Under the pieces are notes generated by a model that worked only from the letters and a program-made list of their open reading frames with translations, ran no database searches and was not told the DNA's origin. Below are positions 50,362-64,000 of a stretch of 64,000 nt of DNA, one piece after another. The position numbers and the translations under genes were made by a program. The DNA comes from Octopus bimaculoides (taxonomy: Eukaryota), in NCBI RefSeq assembly GCF_001194135.2, contig NC_068982.1, positions 133,805,883 through 133,869,882 of the forward strand. Direction: 5' to 3'. Within the stretch, counting starts at the first letter, position 1, and each line of letters starts with the position of its first letter.

Positions 50362-50565
50362 GGTGGCGAGCTGGCAGAATCAATAGCATGCTGGATGAAA
50401 TGCTTAGCAGTATTTTGTCTGTCGCTATGTTCTGAGTCCAAATTCTGCCGAGGTCAACTTTGCCTTTCATCCTTTCAGGGTTGATAAAATAAGTACCAGT
50501 TGAACACTGGAGTGAATGTAATCAGCTCATCCCCTTCCCCAAAATGGCAAAATTTGAAACCATTA
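49250..50565 (+). mobile_element. Head-to-tail array of 5 Meta-like SINEs, with one (GAT)n-family fragment at ~49930-50060
   Basis: Repeated head and core joined by (ATT)n linkers. Confidence 0.85.
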
Positions 50566-51357
50566 TTATTATTTTACTTTTAATATATTCCAACTTTAGT
50601 TGGCTATTAAAAAAAATTCAACAAACATCCAGTACAGTGATGATGTCAGGCATTGAAAATTTGACATCAAATTAAAATTTATAAAGAACTAAAATCTCTT
50701 GTTTCTAGATTCATTTGCTTGCAATTGTTACATCTTTTTAATGAGAAAGTCAATAATGGCACATTCCATTTCTTGATTTTAGTATCACAAACGAGAGTTT
50801 TCATAAAAAAAAAAGAAAGGGTAAAAAGTTAAACCAACAGAATATAGATGTGAATGAATGAAGGAAACTTTTACTTAGAGGCACAGTGCCTATGTGGTTA
50901 AGGTACTGCACTATTTGTTAACCACAAGGTCACGATTTCAAACCTCCTTCATAGTTACTACTGAAAGAGTTTTCAGTTGTAAGAAAAAGCAACTGCTCAA
51001 ATAATAGACATTTCCTACTTGTATTTGAGCAGGGAAATACAGGAAGAAAGAAAATATTTTGATTGATGTTAAATGTACAATAGGAAAGTGTTTGTGAGGA
51101 AAGAAAAGAGAATGAGAACATTAATTGCTTGCACTTCAAAAAACAGTCTTACGAGATGTAAATATTTAATGCTAATGGGATAAAACTAGCAGCTTAGAAA
51201 ATCCAAACAACATTATTGAAGACTTAAGGTTTATATTGTGCTAATAACAATGTTCTTAATATAGCCATGTTCATGCAGTCATCATTATTATCAGGAATAT
51301 TTATTTTTATTATAATAATGTAATTATAAATATTATAATAATAAAGTAAATATTATT

Positions 51358-51790
51358 ATTAAGGTGACCAGCTGGCAGAACCATTAGTACATCAAATAAA
51401 ATGCTTAGTGGCATTTTCCCCTGCACTTTAGATTCTGGTTTCAAATTCTGTCAAGTCAACTTTACCTTTCACCATTTCAGGATCAATAAAATAAGTACCA
51501 GTCAAGCACTAGGGGTCAATTGACTAACTCCCACCCTTAAAATTGCTGGCCTTATGCCAAAATTTGAAGCAATTATTAAAGATGGTGAGCTGGCAGAATT
51601 GTCAGGATGTTGGGAAAAAATTGCTTAGTGGCATTTCTTCTGACGCTTTACATTCAGGGTTCAAATTCTGTTGAGGTCAGCTTTGCTTTTCATCCTTTCA
51701 GAGTCAATAAAATAAGTACCAGTTGAGCGCTGAGGTCAACTAGCACCTTCCCCCAAAATTCCAGGCCTTATGCCTATACTAGAAAGAATT
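51358..51790 (+). mobile_element. Two tandem Meta-like SINEs
   Basis: Heads at ~51360 and ~51580. Confidence 0.8.
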
Positions 51791-54700
51791 ATTTTATCGT
51801 TTATTATACAGAAAATATATAACTGTTTTTACATTAAAACCCTAAAAACTAGTTTATGGTCCATCTTTCCTTCTGAAACATGTTTTCTGAGAATTTCTTT
51901 TCATGGTCCCAAAAGCTACACAATCTGTACCTTTCATATCCATCATTTTTTTTTTTTTTTTTTCCTTCAAATAGTCTTTCCAATTTAAATATTTAAATCG
52001 ATTAAACTGTGCTAAACAAATTATTTACCTTTTTTTTTTAAAGAAAAACCTGTACATTAGCAACAACCATATTATTTCTTGGTTTTTATCTCCAATTAAT
52101 TTTTTTTTTTTAGTTATGAAAATTATTTTTTCAAATTTTCTGCTAATGGGAAAAAATATAAAGAAGAAAAGAAACACACAAAACAAAAGATATTGACTTC
52201 GTCTNNNNNNNNNNNNNNNNNNNNNNNNNNNNNNNNNNNNNNNNNNNNNNNNNNNNNNNNNNNNNNNNNNNNNNNNNNNNNNNNNNNNNNNNNNNNNNNN
52301 NNNNNNNNNNNNNNNNNNNNNNNNNNNNNNNNNNNNNNNNNNNNNNNNNNNNNNNNNNNNNNNNNNNNNNNNNNNNNNNNNNNNNNNNNNNNNNNNNNNN
52401 NNNNNNNNNNNNNNNNNNNNNNNNNNNNNNNNNNNNNNNNNNNNNNNNNNNNNNNNNNNNNNNNNNNNNNNNNNNNNNNNNNNNNNNNNNNNNNNNNNNN
52501 NNNNNNNNNNNNNNNNNNNNNNNNNNNNNNNNNNNNNNNNNNNNNNNNNNNNNNNNNNNNNNNNNNNNNNNNNNNNNNNNNNNNNNNNNNNNNNNNNNNN
52601 NNNNNNNNNNNNNNNNNNNNNNNNNNNNNNNNNNNNNNNNNNNNNNNNNGCCAAAAAGAAAGAAAAAAGAAAAAACATTAATATTACCCAGCTCTCGAAA
52701 CTGGCAGAGTAGTCTTTATTTATTTTATTTACTCATGCTAGATTTTTCAACACTGATAACAACAACAACAAAAAGCTAGTAATATATATATATATATATC
52801 ATCATCGTTTAACGTCCGCTTTCCATGCTAGCATGGGTTGGACGATTTGACTGAGGACTGGTGAAACCGGATGGCAACACCAGGCTCCAGATATATATAT
52901 ATATATATCTTTTATTGGATATTTCTTATTTAATTTATTTTAAGCATTCAAACCAACCAACTATGATTGACAAAAGCCCTTGTTATTTATTTAATCTTTT
53001 TTTTTCTCTTTTGCTCCTGTTTTTTATCTTTTTCTTTTCCCAACTTGCTTAGAAGGACAAATTTTTTCAAATGGATAACAAGGGTTACTTGCCTATCAGA
53101 TGTCAATAGGGAAGCAGGACATTAATGAGATTGCGATCAGCATCACCTGAAATTCTTGACTAGTAAAATTGTGTTAAACAGCATCTATGTCTTTCTTTGT
53201 GTGTGTCTCTCTCTCTCTCTCTCACTGCTGATCTAACAACATCTATATTACGTCCAAACCATATTATACTTGTGGTGAATTGACTATTTAAACACACTTT
53301 TGGGGTTTTCTTTTTTTCCTAAATTGGATTTTAAATTTAAAAATTTAACTTGCTTTTTATTTTGTGCATTGTCTTATTTTAACATTGTTTCATGAAACAC
53401 TCGCTATTATTCTTTTTGTTGTTGTTGTGTTAAGTTCATTCAATGTTCCTCTCCTGTTTCTTGTAGCCCCAAACATTTTTGACATTTACCTTACAGTTGT
53501 TTCATTCTCTCTAACTACCCTACTACACCTTTTTTTGTTGTTTCTTTTAAACTCAACTATGACCTACTCAACTATGATCCCAGTGACTGGTCTTTTACCC
53601 CCCCCCCCCTTTTTTTAAATTTTTTTCCTTTCCTCCAAGCAATGAAATTTCTTTTCTTCGTTCCCTGAAAACAAAAACAACAAACAAATAGAAAAAAGAA
53701 CTGATCTATCTATACCGGTGTGATATATATTAATGCATTATTTCAAATTCAACTTTTTTTTTAACGGCTTTTCAATTTTTTTTTTTTTTTTTTTTGTAAC
53801 TGTTTTTATATTTTACTCATGCTTTCAACAAATTTCTGTCAATGCAGTTTTGGTCTGGGAAGGCATGCTACATTTTTTTTTTTTTTTGCTTACCTATGAA
53901 TGTTTAAACAACCAGATAGTGTGAAAAATCATTGATCTGTGCTATTAAAAGGAACTTCACAATTTCTTACTTTTATCCTGACTTAATTATTATTTTTTCT
54001 TTTATAATTGATTGACTTTTAATAAACAAACAAAACAAAAGCAACAAATAATTACTATTAGGTAGGTAGTTCTTCTTTAATGATTACTAATTACTTTTAA
54101 CAGTAGAAATAAATTGACCATTTTAGCCATTGTTTCTCTTCTTTTCTCAAATGTAATTTATGTTTTAATTAATCTAAATTTAAAAGAAAGAAATAAAATT
54201 AATATTAGTATACAACATAAAGGTAATTATAAAATTAGTATATTGTAAATGACCACTTGGTCATTAAAAGATAATTAATAAAGCTTTTAGTGTATCTTAA
54301 CACTAAAACATTACATTCCTTACACATGAAATCTAAATTCGACACAGGTCTACTTTATCAACAAACTCTCTTATTTCCAATTTAGTAAAAAAGCATTACT
54401 ACAGTTTTATAGTTTATAACATGATAGCATTTGTCTCTCTTTTTCTTTCTCTCATAAGTTTGGCATTTGTTTTATTTTTAATCAAACACTCATTCTGAAA
54501 TGGTTTTATGAAACAGAAAAATATTCATAAATACCTGTGTTTTGTTGTTCAGAATTTTAAAGTGATAGAGAGGTAGACTTAATGTAGTGCCAGACTAATT
54601 TACCTTATAATCTATAGATTTGTCCCTTGATATTCTTGTTTCTTGTTCTGAGGAAGTAAACTATCTTCAGGTAAGTCAAATGAGATTTGTGCTAGCAGTC

Positions 54701-56806
54701 AGTAATACTAAGAGTAACTATTTAAGGAGTATACCAAACCAGAATACCCAGTTTTGCTACATTCTGTGTATCTGTAGTTACTGAGAAATGGCATTTGGTC
54801 AGATTTTGAAAGGAATCACAAAAAGAAGTTTTGCAAGTCTCAGAAACAAATTTCAGATTTTGCTAAAATGGTCCTATTGGTGCATAAAAATGTTTGAAGA
54901 TCTTTAGTAATTTCTTTTTATGAATTTTTTAGTCATGGTTATATTAATGTATTCATAAATATTCTGAAATATAATTTGAAAATACAAGAAACCTGCAGAA
55001 CTTAACCACTTCTACTGTTAAAAAATTGCTTAGTCCCCTCAAGTGGGCCAGAATACATAACATTTTTAAAGCCCTCCTAGATTAGGTGATAGGGATAACT
55101 TGCTGTTGTTGATATTTGATTTTCACTTGAAATTCTGCAGTGAATAATTTTGAGCATATTACTTCAGCATTTATTAAAATATTAACAACTAGATATATTG
55201 GATTACTAAATACCTGTCATACTTTAGGTGCTTTTTGTTTTAAAATTTGTTTGATGTATTCTCATGTGGCCACCTTACATATAACAATATGGCCTTATCT
55301 ACTTCAAGCCATTATTTTCACAAGCAAAATACCTAGCTCCAATTAACTGCTGGCTCTATAAAGCTCCAGTACAATACAAATGGTGGTACTACTGCTCTTG
55401 TATTTAAGATCATGCTACATACACACACTGGACTATAGCTGATTGGTAAGACTTAATCTCCAGTATGCTACTATCAGAGTAGCAAGTTGTTAGCACTTCA
55501 GACAAAATGCTTGACTTTATTTGTTGTGGCTCTTTATGCTCTTAGTTCAATCTCACCGAGGTTAGATTTACTTTTGATCCTTCTGGGGTCAATAAAATAA
55601 AGTTCCGGTCTTGGTAGCAGATAGACAGAATATTTAGAACTGTAGACAAAATGCTTTCATGGTATTCATTCCAGCTCTTTATGTTCTGAGTACCCAGGTA
55701 TCTGAGGCAAATATTCCTGTACCTAGCTGACATGATGGTGTCTTATAAAAATTTACCCAAAGGAATCAATGGGAAACCATTTTTGTATCATCAAACAAAA
55801 ATAAGACAAGTAAATAATGCTTACAAAGGATTTCATCAAGAGGCTATCATTCATTAATCTGATGGCATTACAGCTGCTATTTCACAGATATGTCTGCCCT
55901 AGTTCTCTGAATTTAGCAAGCTGAATATCACCCAATACATATCTATCTTCACTAATTTTGATCCCAATTCTCTCAACTTCCCTCAAACTCTCATATTAAG
56001 CACTTAGTCCATCTAATCATTCCTTTTTAGGATTGTGTCTGTTTCAAATACTCTCTCGTCTGGTATTTCTCTTAAAAACATTGGCTTATATGAATTCAAA
56101 CTGAACATCAACTTTGCAAAAGGGGGAAAGGGCCTACAGTGCTGATAAGAAGCCTGAGCTTTTTCTTCTTTTAATTATCTAAAAATCAAGTTAACTCCAA
56201 AATAAGATTACATCTACAACACCTTAAAAGCACAATTAATATAAAATATTTTCTTCTGTTACTTACATAGGTCTGCTCTTTTTATTTAATTACCTGAAAT
56301 ACTCTTACTAGATGCATTAGTCTCTTCTTTCCACTTTTTGCTCTGTTAGCAGCAGTATATCTTCTCTCAGCACCTATCCTTACCTCACCATTCTATTGTA
56401 TGCTCTTTCTCTCAAATTTATATTTTCTACATCATCCCACTTTTTTCTTTCTTTCCTTTTTTTTTCAGTTTTCCACATATCAACTCAATTTCATAAACTA
56501 TGATGAGCTAACATCAACATGTTCTTTCTAAAGATTGTCTGAAAATAGGCTATAGTGAGTCTAGGCTTTTGTCAGACTTCCATTCATGGTCAAGATATAC
56601 TATAAGGATTGAAACTCAGCTCTACAAACCATCTAAAGACTACATTCTGTGGTGAGCTGCACCTGTGCACACTATCAGTAGAAAGCTAGGTAGTAGTCCA
56701 AACCAGTTGAGAGTTAAGTCGTGTTTGGTCACAAACACAATTCTAGTGGCAAGATACAAAGTCAGCAAGTTCCAAATTTTGGTCTTAGCTTTCTGTTAGA
56801 TTATAC

Positions 56807-56870
56807 AGCAGTGTTTCTCAAACATTTTACTCTAGGGTACCTTTGAAATACATTTCTTATCAAAAGGAAC
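56807..56870 (+). mobile_element. Possible hAT (Charlie-like) terminal fragment
   Basis: CAGTGTTTCTCAAAC resembles hAT-Charlie TIRs. No matching right end was found. Confidence 0.35.
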
Positions 56871-57799
56871 CTCAATATAAAAACTGTTAGCCACCTCTTT
56901 TAGTACTACACCCATCGCAGTAGAGGAATCTTGTCTTGTAAGTTACTTGGTGACCTCACGAGTTCCAATGCCACATAAAAAGCATCCAGTATACTTCATA
57001 AAGTATTTCATGTTAGATAGGGTATCCAGCTGTAGAAACCATGCCAGAGCAGACACTGGAGTTTGCAGTCCTCTTGCTCACTAGCTTTTGTCAAACTGTC
57101 CAACCCATGCCAGCATAGAAAACTGACATTAATTGATGATTATCTCTATTAATCATTTTCTTTTTCTTCCATAAATTTAAATTCTGCTAAGGGATTAAAC
57201 TAGTTGTAAAACTATCTTTGAATTGTTCTATAGTGCTAAGCCTGTTGGACATCATGAAGATGATTTAAGAAATTTTGTCTTAATCAAGATCATGTTTACG
57301 AGCAAATTTCCCTACTTAAGGAAAGATGATGCACATATATAATAAAATAAACTTATGAGTATAGACTTTAAGACAAAAATGACTCAGAAATGCATTTCCA
57401 TATAATTAACCTATTTATCATTATATAACAACTGTTTTAATTTATGTTTCTTCTCTTTCCATCAGTAACATTATTGTGATGGAGTTAAGGGCTGGGCAAG
57501 GGGTTCATCAGAATTGTTAGAACATCAGGAAAAAAAATGCCTTGAGGTATTTCTTCTTTCTACATTCTGAATTTATCCCTTGGAGTACAATTAAGGTACC
57601 AGTCAAAAACTGGGGTCAGTGATATCAACTTCCCCCACTATCACCACTACTACCACTTCCGTTCAAAATTGCTGGACTTTGCCAAAATCCAATGCAGATA
57701 ACTATAATAGAGTTATCCCAGAAAAATTAGAAACAACTACTTTCACTCTTTTGAAACGGTGTTTACTGGCATCTTCGTGTTTAAATATATATATGTATG

Positions 57800-57854
<55 letters not shown>

Positions 57855-58112
57855 CAATTTAGATTCAGTTGAAGTAGGTTCTTAAATTGAAGGACTTTGT
57901 TAGGTCATAATAACATGCACACCCAAACAATATTAAGTGAATATCAAACTCAGTGCAGAAGTGCTAGCACCTGATATTCTTGCAATGTATGCAAATAATA
58001 TGACCCAGCTGAGTGTAGAGATCTGCTCTTGGCTATTCAGACATGTACTTTATATTAAAATACCTTCTATAATATTTCCAAAGTGCAGATTCCAGGATAG
58101 GTGAATAAAATA

Positions 58113-58231
58113 TAACATAGAGGTATAGGTCTCAATTCATTACAGCCATTTCAAGCGACTCTTTTCCATTAATCCATTAACGGAGTCACTTGAAACGGCT
58201 GTAATGAATTGAGACCTATACCTCTATGTTA
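58113..58231. repeat. Near-perfect inverted repeat: 49-bp arms with a 21-nt spacer (MITE-like foldback)
   Basis: 58113-58161 pairs with 58183-58231 at 47/49 positions. Confidence 0.95.
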
Positions 58232-58249
58232 CTCATTTATATATGTGTG

Positions 58250-58285
<36 letters not shown>

Positions 58286-59692
58286 TATAATGTAATATAA
58301 AAGTTAAGTTTTACAAGGAAAAGGTTGAGAGTAGCTTTGAAGTTTCAGCTTACCAGCTGTCATGAGACTTAGAAAATATTGAGTTTAAAGTGTTTTTGTA
58401 TATAACTTCACATAAAAACAAATATGAATATGAACAATTGCAAGGTGGTATATAGAATTCTGCAAGCCTGACTGATTACTGTATTATCTAAGCATGAATC
58501 TTTTAGTAGCTCACATTTAAATCCTATCCTATCATCTTCATCATCTGTTCTCCATGATGGCAAGAGTTGGACAGTTTGACAGGAGCTGGCCAGCTGGAGA
58601 ACTGTCCAGGCTCCATTTGTCTGTTTTGGCATGGTTTCTGTGACTTGATGCCCTTCTTAATGCTACCCACTTTACAGAGTGTATAGGTGTTTTTAATGTG
58701 ACACAGGTATGCATGCTTTCACATGGCACCAGTACCCATGAGCAGACTGTTTATTAAATTACATACACTAACATATCTTAGAGACATTACTTAAGTGCTG
58801 TCACTGACAATGTTACAGCACTGCAGTACTGTGGGTTCAAAATCATTGCGTTACGATGGTAAATAAACAGAGAGAAATGCAGTAGTGTTGAAGATCTAAG
58901 TAAACTACTGGAAATACTTTCAAACTGATAACATTAACAATATATCTAATATTTGCTTTGTTGTATCTTGGGAGGGTCTTTACGCCAATAATAAACACAT
59001 GCACTGGTTCTATTCCACTTGTTACTTATTTGTCAATTGGTTAAACATTTAATCAGTTAACTAATTGATTGTTTGATTAATTAATCAGTCAATCAATCAG
59101 CTAGGTTTGTCAACATCCTTTTGTTACCATCACAACCTCATCAATGACATGTCCTCTCTATTTCTGGTCTGTCTGTCTGTCTTCTAGTTTACAAGTTCTC
59201 TATTTATATTACTTGCCTTTTTGATTACTCCAAGATGTAAGTTTTAATTCTATCTACATTAAGTGAAGTTTTCTTAACCAATAAGACCTTAGTGTTCTGG
59301 TTTTAAAGAAACCAAAAGGGTTCTCTAAAACTTTTGAACCTCAGCAATAATTGCTTTGATCTAAAATATGAACAAAGAAGAAATTACATCAATTTCATTG
59401 CTTGTGAGAAATTTTTTGTGTTTTTAAAGGCTTTTAAGAAATTTGTTCATTCCATTTATTTATTTATTTTTTTCCTTTTTCCTAGTTAAAAAAATCTTAG
59501 TGTCACTAAAACACTTATTGTAAATCATAAGGGACACTGATGTTTTTCTTTACCACAGCAGCTAATTGTTGCAATATATACACACACATATACATATGTG
59601 CATGGCCACAGTCTTTTATCTGAAACCGGTTAAAGATTAATGTACACACACATCTCTCTCTTTCTCACATATATGTATATCTATTGTGTATG

Positions 59693-59729
<37 letters not shown>

Positions 59730-60239
59730 GACACAAGAAATAAGAAGAAAGAGGAAACACTTTTTTACTTAGAAACTCAGATAACACCATTGGGCCCATT
59801 TTCACTGACTGTATTTTAAATGGTTTTGTATAACACTTCAATTTCTTACATAAACTGAATTACAGAAGTTAATTTTTTTTATATTTTATCATGTCTTAAG
59901 CATAGTTCTAGGTAGAACTTCTTCAACATCCCTAAACTTAATCTGTCTGTATCACCAGAATCAACACCATTGCTACTCATCTCTGGTTTCTATAATAAAA
60001 GCAGATAAAAGGTAAATTCTTTCTTTATAGTCTCAACTCTAACAGTTTCTGTTTAAGTAATTTATAGGTTCTAAAGTTCAAGATAATATAAGCAGTAAGC
60101 AATTGTCTTAAATTTCTAAATTAATACACTTTTATTTTTGTTAATTAACTAATTATTTTAGATTGCACTGAATCAGTGTGGGGTTTTTTTTTTTTTTGGT
60201 TTCTTTTTCTTAGTTACTGATTAAATAATTTAAACTACA

Positions 60240-60535
60240 AAACAGTAAATTCTTTTAATTAATAAACTTCAGAATTTGAGGAAGATCATGATAGCATACG
60301 TTGGCAAAAATCAGTAAAGTTTACAAATATAAGTTTGTTAAAGTAGAAAGAAGAGTGCTGGTAGGAATTCTGTCTTAATTATTCATTATATATCTGTTGA
60401 ATTACACTAGATTAATGAAGAATTTTAAACATGAAATTTTATTAGGTTTTATTTTAGACCAAAACAGGAAATTTTGTATCATTAAACCAAAACTGGTCTC
60501 ATGCAGGTTAGTATCAAATGGATTAAGCAAGGGTC
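60240..60535. mobile_element. Right portion of a TTAA-ended MITE family (end GGTTAGTATCAAATGGGATTAA); related pieces at ~11040-11210, ~24390, ~26650-26800, ~35690-35760
   Basis: Shared GGTTTTAATTTAGATCAC...GAAGTTTGTATCA...GGTTGGTATC segments. Fragmentary. Confidence 0.5.
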
Positions 60536-61210
60536 TTCTTTGAAGTGGGGTGGGACTGAAATTAAATTTCCCTAAGTTTTATGAATTTGCTTATGCAATC
60601 CTAACCCTTTGAAACAGCAGCAATCTATCCTTGCCTGTTTACTCTATAAAACAATGTTTTAATCACTTCATCCTTTTGTTAAATTTGTTGCATTTCCAGT
60701 TTCTATTTTTTAACAATTCTCAATCCTACCACTACCATTCACCTGTACATTTAGTTATTCCTTTTGTCCACTTGTCTTTTTATCATGCAAAAATACTCAT
60801 CTGCTCTTTCATTTAATTATATAAGTTACTCAATATTTGGAAAGAAATTAGGCCCTTATACACACACACACCATTACATTCAATGCCTTGCCTATCTGAA
60901 TACCACCAGAGTTGACTTGACATTTCTTCTCGTTTGAGGAATTAAGAATAACTTGATTCAGTCAACTATGAAACCCTAAATATATCTATACATATAGATA
61001 TATATGTATGTANNNNNNNNNNNNNNNNNNNNNNNNNNNNNNNNNNNNNNNNNNNNNNNNNNNNNNNNNNNNNNNNNNNNNNNNNNNNNNNNNNNNNNNN
61101 NNNNNNNNNNNNATATATGTGTGTGTGTGTATATGTATATGTATATATATATGTGTGTGTGTGTATATGTATATGTATATATATGTATGTATGTGTATAC
61201 ATATATATAT

Positions 61211-61259
<49 letters not shown>

Positions 61260-61414
61260 NNNNNNNNNNTATATGTGTATGTATATATGTGTATGTATAT
61301 ATGTGTATATATATGTGTGTATATATATATATATGTGTATATATATGTATATATATATATACATACATATATATACATATACACACACAATTATTATTAC
61401 AGCATTGAAAAATT

Positions 61415-62280
61415 GAAATGGCTGGTGGGTTGGTAGAATCGTGAAAGCATTGGACAACTGCATTGCAGTATTTCATCCACCTCTTTACATTCTGAGTTCA
61501 AATTCAGCTGAGGTCAGCTTTGCCTTTCGTCCTTCTGAGATGAATAAAATAAAGAACCAGTCAAGTACTGGGGTCAATGTAACCAACTAATCCTCTCCCC
61601 TCAAAAATTATTAGCCTGAACTAGATACAGTTATTGCATTGAAAAGGGTGATGAGTTGAGAGAATCTTTAGAGTATCAGATAAAATGCCCAGCAGTGATT
61701 GTTTTGGCTCTTTACATTCTGAGTTCAAATCTTGCTGAGGTCACTCAACTTTACTTTTTATCTTTCCACAGTTGAGAAAATATTTCTCAAATAGCAATCA
61801 AATTCTGAGGGACAGTGTAATTAGCTGCTCTCTTCCCCAAAATTTTTGGTTTGTTGTGTTTGTTAGAAATTAATATTACAACATTCGATATAAAATGCAG
61901 TTCTCAGCTAAATGCCTAATAGTATTTAGTTTTGGCCCACAGCATTATAAGTTCAAATCCAAATGTGAATTCAATCAAATATCAATATGCTCCTCTCTCC
62001 GAACAATAGGTTGCAATGAACCAAAGAAATTTTACCTGGTTGAGATGTATTTTTATTATCTAAAACTTAGATAAGGAAGCAAGCTGGTAGGATTGTTAAT
62101 ATATTGGACAAAATGCTTAGCAGCATTTCTTCTGACTCGTTACATTCCGAGTTCAACTTTATCTTCCATCTTGTTGGAGTCAATAAAATAAGTACCAGTT
62201 AAGCACTGGGAGTCAATGTGATTGACTATCCCAATTCACCTAAAATTGCAGGCCTTGTACCTAAATTTGAAACCATTATC
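61415..62280 (+). mobile_element. Array of 4 diverged Meta-like SINEs
   Basis: Repeated ACATTCTGAGTTCAAAT and core. Confidence 0.8.
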
Positions 62281-64000
62281 TATCATATAGATATTACCTT
62301 CTATCTTTCCTTTCTAGGTCTTATTTAACAGGTTGAAAACTATACCACCAACTCTTTATATCTATAAAGACACTTCAAGTGTTTCCAGACAAGTGAATTA
62401 GTGAACCATATATTATATATATATGTGGTTTTCTTCTTTTTTTTTGTTTTTGTTTTTGACAATTCTTCTAAGAATAAATTTTCATTAGCTGCTGAAATGT
62501 TTTGTTAAAAGAGAACTTAACAAAAACAAAATTAAAAAAACAAAAAAAGAGAATTGCGAAAACCCAAAAAGAAATTGAACAATTTTTAAAGGAAACAATT
62601 GTGCTATGAATTTCCTTGAATTTACAATTCTTAAAAATCTTTTATGGTAATGAGTCCGAATGATCTGCCAAAGATCTTTCAGAATTATTTCTAGAAATTA
62701 CAATTAGTGCCTATTTACTGTAAGAATATTTTGTATTAGTTCTTCTTGTCATTTTTGTCATTGTTGAATTAACATACATAACATATATATATATATATTC
62801 TGCTTTTGATATTTTTTGGGGCTTGTACTTCATTTTTCAGCTTAATGTCCAAAACAATACATATATTCATCTATGTGTCTATGTGTGTGAGCGTGTGTGT
62901 GGAAGTATGTTTAATGTAATTTATTAATTACCACAGTGCCTAACTTTTATCTATTCCTGATTTAGGTCTTTTATAGTAGCAGTGAAACGATTATCGTATT
63001 CTGTGACCAGACATTAAATTATATATATATATGAACTATATATATATATATATATATAATAATGATAATAAAATACATTAGATATATTATAGGAATGTCA
63101 GTATTTTCAGTTTTTTTTTTTTAATCTTAAATTCAAGAATTACTTCTGATAAATTCCTGTTAACAAATGTCACTTTAAAAACTAACAAAAAAAAAAATCA
63201 ATGCTGGTGCTATGTTTGTTTTCTTATGTATTTTTAAATGACTCTCTCTCCCTCCCAAACTCTACTTCACTAACTTCATTTCTCTCAGTTTAAGTGGTAG
63301 TTTTTTAGGTGTTTTTTCATGACTACAATGGAAGGCATACCTGTTGAATTACAAGGTCTTTTCCTTTATCTTATTTAGTTTTTTTTTTCCTTCCAGGATT
63401 GCTAAAATATGTGCCATCATGTCTGGGTTAATTCAAACAACATTTCTTTCCTCCTTTTAATTTGTGGTCTTGAAGCAAAAGGCAAATGCCATTTTCTGCA
63501 GCCTCAGGTTAGCTTGTACCTTGAGTGAAATTGAGAATTGGTGAAACAGAAATGGTATAGAAGCCTGTCACAAGGATTATACCCCTGATAGGAGGGCACA
63601 GCTTTTGTCACACACACACAGTGTTGTGCTGATTCTGCCCGAAAATTGTGTAGAAGGTACATGTGTCTGTGGAATGCTCAGCCACTAACACAATGATGCA
63701 ATTGATCAAACATGCTGAAGAATCATCCATCCATATATACACGTGTGTATATATATATTCTAAGTTTTTGTGAGTGATTTGGGGGCTGGAATGAGAAACT
63801 CCAAGTAATTACTTACACAGAATTGAATTATGCTACTCTACTCTACCTAGCAATATTGAATACTTTCATTTCACACTAGTGTGATATTACTATCTTATAC
63901 ATATATGTGTGTGTGCATGCATATGTATATATATATATATATATATAATTGAAGCACAATAACCATGGGGTGAATGTGACAGAATACTAAGTATAATTCT

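Noticed and set aside
56469-56556. Exon-like segment, and a C/D-box pair ATGATGA...CTGA
   Set aside because: Stops in all three frames. The C-D distance (~45 nt) is too short and there is no terminal stem for a snoRNA.

Overview
AT-rich, microsatellite- and SINE-dense eukaryotic genomic DNA with nine assembly gaps. The repeat landscape suggests an octopus (probably Octopus bimaculoides; this is inference). One protein-coding gene is well supported: a + strand NR1-subfamily orphan nuclear receptor (ROR/HR3-Rev-erb/E75-like). It has six phase-consistent GT-AG coding exons: 24996-25093, 27134-27284, 27555-28924, 35848-36024, 36670-36889 and 40719-40960. Together they give 751 codons plus stop; the start-codon exon could not be located. 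The protein has an atypical DNA-binding domain, a ~400-aa disordered hinge encoded in one 1370-bp exon, and a ligand-binding domain with a retained AF-2 helix. Most other recognisable features are mobile DNA: several tRNA-headed SINE families (often in head-to-tail arrays), RTE and Dong/R4 LINE fragments, and mariner- and piggyBac-like MITEs. The most unusual items are a tRNA-headed, palindromic element carrying a degenerate type I hammerhead ribozyme in the last intron, a near-perfect 49-bp-stem hairpin at 58.1 kb, and a compact LINE mosaic with a probable 5' inversion.
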